A stretch of 64,000 nt of DNA. Source: Dehalococcoidia bacterium. Its GTDB lineage: Bacteria > Chloroflexota > Dehalococcoidia > Tepidiformales > Tepidiformaceae. Positions 52,477-59,293 of this stretch are shown here, in pieces. Each line of letters starts with the position of its first letter. Within the stretch, counting starts at the first letter, position 1. A program made the position numbers and the translations under genes. The notes below the pieces were generated by a model. It was not told the origin of the DNA. It worked only from the letters and a program-made list of their open reading frames with translations, and did no database searches. The stretch is from contig JADLBC010000025.1 in NCBI GenBank assembly GCA_020847985.1, positions 24,124 through 88,123 of the forward strand. Reading direction: 5' to 3'.

Positions 52477-52872
52477 TCAGCCATGCCATGTGAGCTGCGT
52501 CAGCTGGACGAGGTTGCCACAGGTGTCGTCCACCACGGCGATGGTCGAGCCCGTGACCGCCGTCGGGGGCATGGTGAACCGCGCGCCGCGCGCCTGCATC
52601 CGTTCGAAGTCGCCCTGGATGTCATCCGTGGAGAACATCGCCGCCGGGGCGCCCTGCGCGAACCTCGCCTCCTGGTAGGCCCGCGCCGCCGGGTCGTTCG
52701 CGAGCGCAAGCTGGAGCTCGGTGCCGTCGGGCTCTTCAGGAGAGACGACCGTGAGCCAACGGAACGGCCCGTTGGTGAAGTCGGCCTTCTTCGCGAACCC
52801 GAGGACCTCCGTGTAGACGCGCAGGGCGGCGTCCTGGTCGTCGACGAAGATGGTGGTGAGTTTGATTTTCAT
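52477..52872 (-). CDS. VOC (glyoxalase/bleomycin-resistance fold) family protein
   Basis: The product begins MKIKLTTIFVDDQDAALRVYTEVLGF. GAGGAG lies upstream of the ATG at 52872. Confidence 0.85.
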   Translation of the reverse strand: MKIKLTTIFVDDQDAALRVYTEVLGFAKKADFTNGPFRWLTVVSPEEPDGTELQLALANDPAARAYQEARFAQGAPAAMFSTDDIQGDFERMQARGARFTMPPTAVTGSTIAVVDDTCGNLVQLTQLTWHG

Positions 52873-52958
52873 GGCCAATCTCCTCTGGAATGATGTCGGC
52901 GGTGGCGTCGCGGGCGCCTTCGAAGGTATGACGCACGGCACGGTGGGAGTGTGACGAG

Positions 52959-53834
52959 ATGATGGATGCGCGGACCGCGGAGCAGTTCGAAAGCGAACGG
53001 GCACGGCTGAACGCGGTCGCCTACCGGCTGCTCGGCTCGGCAAGCGAGGCCCAGGACGCCGTCCAGGAGGCGTGGTTGCGGCTCCAGCGCGCTGACGCCG
53101 GCGAGCTGACGAACCCCGCAGGGTGGCTGACGACCGTGGTGGCGCGCATCTGCCTCGATACCCTCCGCGCGCGACGGACACGGCGGGAAGAGCCGCTCGA
53201 GGCCGCCGGCGAAGCCGCTCACGACGCCGCCGGCCCGGAGGGCGAAGCAGTCCTCGCCGAATCCGTCGGCATCGCCATGCTGGCCGTGCTGGAACGCCTC
53301 GTGCCGGCCGAGCGCGTCGCCTTTGTGCTGCATGACGTGTTCGACATGCCCTTCGAGGAGATCGCCGGGATCGTCGGCCGCACGCCGGTGGCGGCGAGGC
53401 AGCTCGCGAGCCGGGGACGCCGGCGTGTCCACGGCGCGCCCCCCGAGAACGCGGCACGCGACATGGCACGGCACCGCGAGGTGGTGGCCGCGTTCTTCCG
53501 TGCCTCGCGCTCGGGGGATTTCGAAGCGCTCCTCGCCCTGCTCGACCCCGACGCCGTCCTGCGCCCCGACGCGGAGGCACTCCGGATGGGGGCTCGAAAC
53601 GGTTGGATCTCGGGCGAAGTGCGCGGCGCGCAGGCGGTGGCACGGCAGCTGGCGGGCCAGGCGCAGGGGGCCGAGCTGGCGCTCATCGATGGGCTGCCCG
53701 GTGCGGTGTGGGCGCCGGGGGGCACGCCGCGGGTGGCGTTCGTGGTCACGGTCGCGGCCGGGCGCGTCGCGGCGATTGAGCTGATGGCGGATGCGAGGTG
53801 GCTGGCCGGCCACAGGATTGAGCTGCTGCAGTAG
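52959..53834 (+). CDS. ECF-type sigma-70 family sigma factor with SnoaL-like C-terminal domain (SigJ-like)
   Basis: AEQFESERARLNAVAYRLLGS..AQDAVQEAWLRL and a region 4 HTH (FEEIAGIVGRTPVAARQLASRGRR) are present. Confidence 0.85.
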   Translation: MMDARTAEQFESERARLNAVAYRLLGSASEAQDAVQEAWLRLQRADAGELTNPAGWLTTVVARICLDTLRARRTRREEPLEAAGEAAHDAAGPEGEAVLAESVGIAMLAVLERLVPAERVAFVLHDVFDMPFEEIAGIVGRTPVAARQLASRGRRRVHGAPPENAARDMARHREVVAAFFRASRSGDFEALLALLDPDAVLRPDAEALRMGARNGWISGEVRGAQAVARQLAGQAQGAELALIDGLPGAVWAPGGTPRVAFVVTVAAGRVAAIELMADARWLAGHRIELLQ

Positions 53835-53927
53835 AAGGCCGGGCGCGAGCGTGCGCTCGAAAGGCGGGAAGCGCCGGGCCGTTCTCTCCGGCCGGCCGCC
53901 GGCGGTGGGCGGTGGGGTGGGATGCAG

Positions 53928-53953
53928 AAAGGCCCCCGTTGCCGGGGGCCTTT
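53928..53953. terminator. 11-bp GC-rich hairpin, probable native terminator of the interrupted tRNA gene or a bidirectional terminator
   Basis: The stem is AAAGGCCCCCG / CGGGGGCCTTT with a 4-nt loop. It lies 10 nt beyond the encoded CCA end of the tRNA fragment. Confidence 0.5.
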
Positions 53954-53963
53954 CGAACGAATC

Positions 53964-54008
53964 TGGTAGCGGGGGAGGGATTCGAACCCCCGACCTTCGG
54001 GTTATGAG
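53964..54008 (-). tRNA. 3'-terminal 45 nt of an initiator-type tRNA-Met(CAT); not a complete gene, putative att repeat of an integrated island
   Basis: The minus-strand reading is CUCAUAA-CCCGA-AGGUC-GGGGG-UUCGAAU-CCCUC-CCCCGCU-A-CCA. This gives an anticodon loop, the 3' anticodon stem, a variable loop, a full T arm, the 3' acceptor strand and CCA. The upstream 35 nt cannot form an anticodon stem or a D arm. Confidence 0.7.
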
Positions 54009-54122
54009 GGCATCTCGGGCTATCCCAAGCTCTCCGCCGCACTCCATTATGTCGCTTTTTGAACTTGGACTCCGGACGCAGCAAGCCATCCGTACCATCC
54101 GGTTCAGGCCCATCACAGCAGG

Positions 54123-54142
54123 GCGATTTGCAGCGATTTGCA
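54123..54142. repeat. perfect tandem 10-bp repeat GCGATTTGCA x2
   Basis: Read directly, about 115 nt inside the island from the tRNA fragment. Confidence 0.8.
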
Positions 54143-54542
54143 GGCTCGACCTGGGGGCGGGAGCGCAGGGAAGCGACGGGAGCAGGTGGGCCCAGTACCG
54201 CGAGATACTCGCTCGGAGCGTACGGCGACGAGCCGTTGGCTACCTTTATTGGCACGGCGGTGTCCTCGATCGCCTGGTCCGGCGGGCGATCCGCCTAACC
54301 ATAATTCGTCTGGTTCTGTGAATCTCACCCCCCAAGAAATGACAATCTGTGTCGCCTCGTGGTCCATCCTCCTCGGTACGGGATGGTACGCAGTGGGACA
54401 GTCATCCCATCCTGTCCAGCGGCAGCTTGTCGGCGAGGTTCGTCGACGCATTCCGCAGACGAGCATTCGAGCGCTCCAACCATGGTCAGGCCTTTCGCTC
54501 AGTGCCGGGCACTGACGTCATGTTGGGCCGGCGCACGGGCTT

Positions 54543-55346
54543 CTAGAGGTCAGGATGCTCCGCGTACAGCATGAGCGGTTCGGTGACGTCTGAAATCGGC
54601 GGAAGAGACTCCCACGAGATCTCTTCTCCCCGCCACGGATGGAGTTGGGTCATTTCCACCAGGGGCCATGCCCAGGGGCCAGGCGGCGCATAGACCACAG
54701 CAGCAACGACCTCATCGATCCGGATGACGCAGCAATACGCGCGCTTTAAGAGTTCCTGCGCCATCTCACCCATGCCCGGTCTAGAGAAGCCGAACACATT
54801 GCCCTGAACCTGAATGAAATTGAGCCGATGAGGCGCATTCGGCATCTGGCCAAGGAAGACGCCCACGCCAGGCGGAACGCCCTGTTGCGCGGCGTGGCGG
54901 GCTTCGCGAGGGAACGCCAGCCGGTAATTCTGAGCGCTATTGATAACGATTGCCGTTTTCGCGAACCAGTGTGCAATCACTCTTCCGTCGGCTTCGCTGA
55001 TGGTTGGACATCGCGGAAACATAACCTTGCGGAACCGCCCTTCAAGGGCGTTCATCCATCCACCGTTGCACGCTTCGCAGATTTCGCCCGCAAGCAGCGC
55101 GGTGGTCGGGTGAGGACCTCTGGAATCGAGGATGTCGCCAAACACGCTCGTGTGCGTTGGCGTCCACGTTTCTTTCTCAGCCCCGAGTTCCCTCTGGAGC
55201 CAAAGCGGGAAGATGTGCTCCTTCGCCCGGTTGCCCGACTGCGCCGAACACATCCAACAGAAGGGCACGCCTTCGTTGATGCGAGATTCCAGCTTCGCGC
55301 CCTTACGCTTCAAGTACTTGTCGTAACCGCGTTCCTTATCGCTCAC
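54543..55346 (-). CDS. HNH_5-like endonuclease-family protein with a C-terminal uncharacterised domain
   Basis: CWMCSAQSGNRAKEHIFPLWL ... CEACNGGWMNALE has the CxxC...EH...CxxCN arrangement. The GTG start has GGGAG 8 nt upstream. Confidence 0.55.
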   Translation of the reverse strand: MSDKERGYDKYLKRKGAKLESRINEGVPFCWMCSAQSGNRAKEHIFPLWLQRELGAEKETWTPTHTSVFGDILDSRGPHPTTALLAGEICEACNGGWMNALEGRFRKVMFPRCPTISEADGRVIAHWFAKTAIVINSAQNYRLAFPREARHAAQQGVPPGVGVFLGQMPNAPHRLNFIQVQGNVFGFSRPGMGEMAQELLKRAYCCVIRIDEVVAAVVYAPPGPWAWPLVEMTQLHPWRGEEISWESLPPISDVTEPLMLYAEHPDL

Positions 55347-55461
55347 CGCCTACTCCCGACCTCTTGGCGACGTTGGCGTCAAGCCCCGTCACGTCCGCAT
55401 GATGGTCTGCCACGCTCGGATGGACTGTGATTTAAGCCCTCGATCGATCCGGTGCGGTGGA

Positions 55462-56346
55462 TCACGCATCCCAGCGCCGTGTCTCTGGATTCCACGTTCC
55501 TGCTAGCACTCTCCTCTGCAGAACGGGATCAACCACCGCTGCTGCAGCGGCATGCCCGGCGTTCAGGTCGGCGTCCAAACCCACCTCGCCAGCCAGTTGG
55601 CGGTACGGAACGCGCCACTCCGTGGGTGGCGGCGGGAGGTTCGAAGGCAGATCGTGGGTTCCGCGGCCGGCGAAGACCTCTTGGAGATCGACCAAAAGCG
55701 CCGCCGCGTCCAACGAGAACAACTGAGCGATCAGCGCCAGATCGACCAGGTCTTTGGGGCGACTGCTAACTCTGTCCCCTTCATAGCGGCGCGTGTAAGC
55801 GTGGAGCTTCTCAGCGACCTGACGAGTCAATGGAAGCACGGGGACCGGCACCGGTTCGATTCCGGCGAATGCCAGCAGGTCCGGCGTTGTGAGTGTCTCG
55901 GCCTGATTGATGAGACCGTCCCACTCCCCAACGTCCAAGAGAAATGTCTCGAAGAGCCGGCCGGCGAGCGAAGCTTCTACCCGGAACCGGTGGGCGCCGC
56001 CCATGCGGTCAGGGTCAGCAGTCGTCCGTTCCACCCGGAACGAGAAGAAGTCACCCAAGTCCTCGATCGTTACCTCGATCAGCCTCTCGAGCAGTTCATC
56101 CTCCTGAACCTGCCAGGCGAGATCGATGTCGCGAGTGGTGCGTGCCCGATCCGGCATGCGCAGTTGGAGAGCGAACCCGCCCTTGAGCGCCCATTGGCCC
56201 GGCGCGACGCGTAGGAGGCGAGCGAGCAACCGTTCGAATGCAACCTGCTTGCGCAGTCGCGCAAGGAGCGCACCTTCCCGGTGACTGCGATCCTTCAGCC
56301 GATCCTCAAGCGCCCGACGAAACGCGGCGGCAGTCTCGTACCTCAC
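55462..56346 (-). CDS. abiEii: AbiEii/AbiGii-family nucleotidyltransferase toxin (DUF1814)
   Basis: The N-terminus is FERLLARL...WALKGGFALQLR...RTTRDIDL. The start forms a GTGA overlap with the upstream abiEi stop. Confidence 0.85.
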   Translation of the reverse strand: MRYETAAAFRRALEDRLKDRSHREGALLARLRKQVAFERLLARLLRVAPGQWALKGGFALQLRMPDRARTTRDIDLAWQVQEDELLERLIEVTIEDLGDFFSFRVERTTADPDRMGGAHRFRVEASLAGRLFETFLLDVGEWDGLINQAETLTTPDLLAFAGIEPVPVPVLPLTRQVAEKLHAYTRRYEGDRVSSRPKDLVDLALIAQLFSLDAAALLVDLQEVFAGRGTHDLPSNLPPPPTEWRVPYRQLAGEVGLDADLNAGHAAAAAVVDPVLQRRVLAGTWNPETRRWDA

Positions 56347-56945
56347 GCAGGCACTCGCCCGACAGCGCTTTCAATGATTCGGCGAGTACGGGCGGAGCGG
56401 CCTTTCACCATCTCCCGGAGCCGACGAGGTGTCGTCAGACCGCGGTCCACGGCCTGCCGAACAGCAAGCTCTATTTGCTCAGGCGGAGAACCATCTTCCA
56501 GAGCATCGACGAGCGTTCGCTCGGGGCTGGTCACCGGCACGCCGTCAATGGTCCGGAGATCTTCCGTCCCGAGTTGCCCTTCGATTGTGTGTATTCGCAC
56601 GCCCGAACGCGGACGCACGCCACGCTTAGCCCGTGGGATGGAGACGTGAACCGCGGACGGGATCAGGTCGGTGAGTTCGTAGAGCTCGAGCGCGCTCTCG
56701 TGGGAGACAACGGCCCCGGTGGCCTTGAGCGGCAGCCATGCCGCCACAACGTGTTCGTGGGGACTGGAGGGAAAGTGTCTTAGGCGATACAGGCCTCGTC
56801 GGACTCGCTCAAACCGTCCTCCGGGGCGGGCGTGGTAGCGGAGCGTCGTCCGGTCGATGCCCGCATACTCCGCTTGGCCCGCGGTGAAGTAGCCTGCCTG
56901 CTGCTCGGCAATCTCGTAGAGCTGGTCATGCGCCGTGTCCGACAT
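56343..56945 (-). CDS. abiEi: AbiEi-family antitoxin/transcriptional regulator
   Basis: A winged-helix N-domain (GYFTAGQAEYAGIDRTTLRYHARPGGRFERVRRGLYRL) is followed by HESALELY. The ATG at 56945 was checked. Confidence 0.85.
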   Translation of the reverse strand: MSDTAHDQLYEIAEQQAGYFTAGQAEYAGIDRTTLRYHARPGGRFERVRRGLYRLRHFPSSPHEHVVAAWLPLKATGAVVSHESALELYELTDLIPSAVHVSIPRAKRGVRPRSGVRIHTIEGQLGTEDLRTIDGVPVTSPERTLVDALEDGSPPEQIELAVRQAVDRGLTTPRRLREMVKGRSARTRRIIESAVGRVPA

Positions 56946-56954
56946 ACGGGGCAC

Positions 56955-56998
56955 ATGATAGCCCAAACGTCGGACCACTGGGCCTCTCGGGCTAGCAT
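56955..56998. promoter_or_regulatory. imperfect inverted repeat ATGATAGCCC-N24-GGGCTAGCAT just upstream of abiEi (candidate AbiEi operator/promoter)
   Basis: The arms at 56955-56964 and 56989-56998 are complementary at 9 of 10 positions. A TATCAT hexamer on the minus strand lies 12 nt upstream of the abiEi ATG. Confidence 0.35.
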
Positions 56999-57168
56999 CA
57001 CGGGCTGTGTGAGCGACGGCGACTGGTTTGTCCGCCTATCGGCCGCGCCCTCGGATCTTGGAAAGCTCTCGAGCGAGGATGATCCAATCTGGCCCGTCGG
57101 GGTCGGGAGTGAGAGGCCCAGCTTCGACGTCTTCAGCGACCGCCGCGATCGACGACACGAGGTCGTGG

Positions 57169-57489
57169 TCAACTTCCATGCTGCCATCGGAACTGCAGGT
57201 TCAGCTCATCCCCGGGCAGCGTCGCGATCGCCGTGAGAGGGACGAGAACACGGCCGCCCACGCGCACCACTCGAAGGTCGCCGCGCGCAATGGCGTTCCG
57301 AACTGCGGTGTGGCCCACGCCGAGCATCTGAGCTACCTCGGGCACCGAGTACGCCCTCCGTTGGAGGGGCGGCAACGTTCGGAGGCGATCTACGGTCCCG
57401 TTGGCGACACTTTCTGAGAGGTCGTCCCAGAACTGCGCATCACTCCGAATCTCTCGAGCAGTGAGCCGCGCGAAGTCTCTAACGTTCAT
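57169..57489 (-). CDS. excisionase-family (MerR-like) helix-turn-helix DNA-binding protein
   Basis: YSVPEVAQMLGVGHTAVRNAIARGDLRVVRVGGRVLV is present. GGAGG lies 5 nt upstream of the ATG at 57489. Confidence 0.7.
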   Translation of the reverse strand: MNVRDFARLTAREIRSDAQFWDDLSESVANGTVDRLRTLPPLQRRAYSVPEVAQMLGVGHTAVRNAIARGDLRVVRVGGRVLVPLTAIATLPGDELNLQFRWQHGS

Positions 57490-57530
57490 CTTGTCCTCCA
57501 CCTAGGCACTGCCGGGCCGACAAGCGGCCC

Positions 57531-58091
57531 CTACGGTTGCTCCTCAGGCGTTGAATCGGCGCACTCGCTCCACCAGTTGAAAAGTGGATGGTCGCGCGGC
57601 GGCCGGTAGCGGCTCCGCGTTTCAATGGACCTCAAGACCGCGCTGAGCCTGGGCAGCGCGATTTGCCCGACACGTTGCCACGCGTGAAGTAGTTCCGGCG
57701 TCGACGAGCGTGCGACCGACCGTTCACTGGCGATCCGGCGAGCTTTTCGGTCGTCGGTGGCGACAGCGAGCTGCCGAACCTCCGCAATCGCGATCGCCTC
57801 GGCCTCCCCGTCGTCGACGAGCGCCGCGAGGTCGACGACGAGATCAAGTTCTGTAGCATCAACCGCTGTGACGGCGACGAGGCCTGCAGCCCCGAGCGGA
57901 GAGAGGTCGATGGCTTGGCGTTCGCTCCCTCGCTCAGCGACCTCGATGTAAATGGCCTCGTCGGCGACGGCCGGCGGCACGACGAGCGTCAGCAGCAGAG
58001 TCGACAAAATCTCCTCCGCACAGCCCGAGGCCATGAGATTCATCAGGACATCGGCGTCCGCTACGAGTTCCGTTGGGTCATGGCCGAGTGC
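57531..58091 (-). CDS. PIN-domain (COG2405-like) putative nuclease
   Basis: VADADVLMNL ... VADEA ... DDGEAEAIAIAEVRQLAVATDDRKARRIA matches the acidic PIN pattern. The start is uncertain: TTG 58091 overlaps the upstream stop by 14 nt, and the alternative is the track-ORF start at 58172. Confidence 0.55.
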   Translation of the reverse strand, partial: ALGHDPTELVADADVLMNLMASGCAEEILSTLLLTLVVPPAVADEAIYIEVAERGSERQAIDLSPLGAAGLVAVTAVDATELDLVVDLAALVDDGEAEAIAIAEVRQLAVATDDRKARRIASERSVARSSTPELLHAWQRVGQIALPRLSAVLRSIETRSRYRPPRDHPLFNWWSECADSTPEEQP

Positions 58092-59292
58092 CAACGTGCA
58101 TCGACTCCGACAACGGCGGATGAGTCCCGCTTCCGTCTTGGACGTCTCGGCCCGTGCTCGCCATCCTGTCAACGAGCTCTCGCACCGTCAGTCGGTCTTC
58201 ACCGAGCAGCTCGGCCAGCTCGCGCTCGGTGAGAAGCGCGCGGTCGAACGCTTCGAGCGCAAGAAAGACAAACCGCCTGGGGAACTTCAAAGTGTCCGCT
58301 GGCGGAGCCTCGACACCCAGCAGCCGGCTGGCGGCCTGAATGTTCGCTCCCGAGTGAGTTAGCGCGTCCCAGGTGCCGCTCGAGACAACCCGGAGGCCCT
58401 CCAAGCGCAGCACCAGTGCTTGGAACGAAACCTCGTACTCGTCGGCAATCAGCAGCAGATCCGCCACAGTCACTTGGCGATCGGCGCTTTCCAATTCGCG
58501 AATCCTGCGCTGTAGACCAGCGCTTGGCATCAGGAACGCCGCCGCGAATTGATCCGCGAATCGCTCGTGCTCCGGAATCCGCTGGTATCCAGAAATCCGA
58601 GTGACCTCAGGACGATCCAATCGAGTCAAGAAATGGCCGAACTCGTGTGCAAGCGACCAGCGCTGGCGAACGGCAGGGTGATTCGCATTGATTGCCACGC
58701 ACGGCCCAGCTTCATGCGAGACACCGTAAAGCGCAGCTACACCACCCGGCAGTGGAATGCTGAAGATGCGGAGCCCACCCTCACGTTCGAGGAGTTCCCG
58801 CAGCTTCAGGACAGGGCCGTCACCGGCCGCGAGGCGACGCCGTTCGGCATCTGCAACCATCTCCGCATCCTGCTCTAGCCGCGCCGCTTCATAGCGATAA
58901 TAGGGAACGGCCCCCGGCCGGAGCGGGCTGTCGAGCATCTTCTCCAATCGGAGATAGCTTGCGACCAGCGTCTCAAGGGACGCGACTGCTTGCTCGAGTT
59001 CGGTTCGTTCGGCCAGAGGAGCGTCCGCGGGAAGTCGAAACTGGGCCTGGAGCGAGATAGGTGGCATGGGCTCACGCACGAGCTCCGAAATGCGGCTTCC
59101 GTAGGCTTTCGCGAGGTTCACAAGCAACGCCGAATCGACGCGGCGCTGCCCGGCTTCGATGGCAGCGACCGTCGGTCTCGATACGCCCAGCACCTCCGCG
59201 ATATCTGCCTGCGTTCGCCTATGCAGCTTCCTCAGCGTCTGGAGCCTGCGTCCCAGCTCCGCCTGATCGAATCTGGCCTCTTGCTCGCTCAT
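58078..59292 (-). CDS. fused XRE-type HTH plus ImmA/IrrE-family (COG2856) zinc metallopeptidase
   Basis: The HTH is RRTQADIAEVLGVSRPTVAAIEAGQRR and the metallopeptidase motif is HEFGH. The ATG at 59292 lies 1 nt after the QueC-like stop, with an alternative GTG at 59301. Confidence 0.85.
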   Translation of the reverse strand: MSEQEARFDQAELGRRLQTLRKLHRRTQADIAEVLGVSRPTVAAIEAGQRRVDSALLVNLAKAYGSRISELVREPMPPISLQAQFRLPADAPLAERTELEQAVASLETLVASYLRLEKMLDSPLRPGAVPYYRYEAARLEQDAEMVADAERRRLAAGDGPVLKLRELLEREGGLRIFSIPLPGGVAALYGVSHEAGPCVAINANHPAVRQRWSLAHEFGHFLTRLDRPEVTRISGYQRIPEHERFADQFAAAFLMPSAGLQRRIRELESADRQVTVADLLLIADEYEVSFQALVLRLEGLRVVSSGTWDALTHSGANIQAASRLLGVEAPPADTLKFPRRFVFLALEAFDRALLTERELAELLGEDRLTVRELVDRMASTGRDVQDGSGTHPPLSESMHVGTRP

Positions 59293-59293
59293 C

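Noticed and set aside
53964-54043. A complete 80-nt tRNA gene. A 5' AGUGCGG could pair 6 of 7 positions with the 3' acceptor strand.
   Set aside because: No register gives a 5-bp anticodon stem around CUCAUAA. The D-arm region instead forms a non-canonical 6-bp hairpin with a 4-nt loop, and U8/A14/G18G19-type positions are not recognisable. I keep only the 3' 45 nt as tRNA-derived.
55462-56346. AbiEii nucleotidyltransferase as a stand-in for the CD-NTase of a type II CBASS
   Set aside because: It has the DUF1814/AbiEii N-terminal pattern and is 4-nt coupled to its own AbiEi antitoxin. It lies 5 kb and five genes away from the Cap2-like gene, and no cyclic-nucleotide-sensing effector is present.
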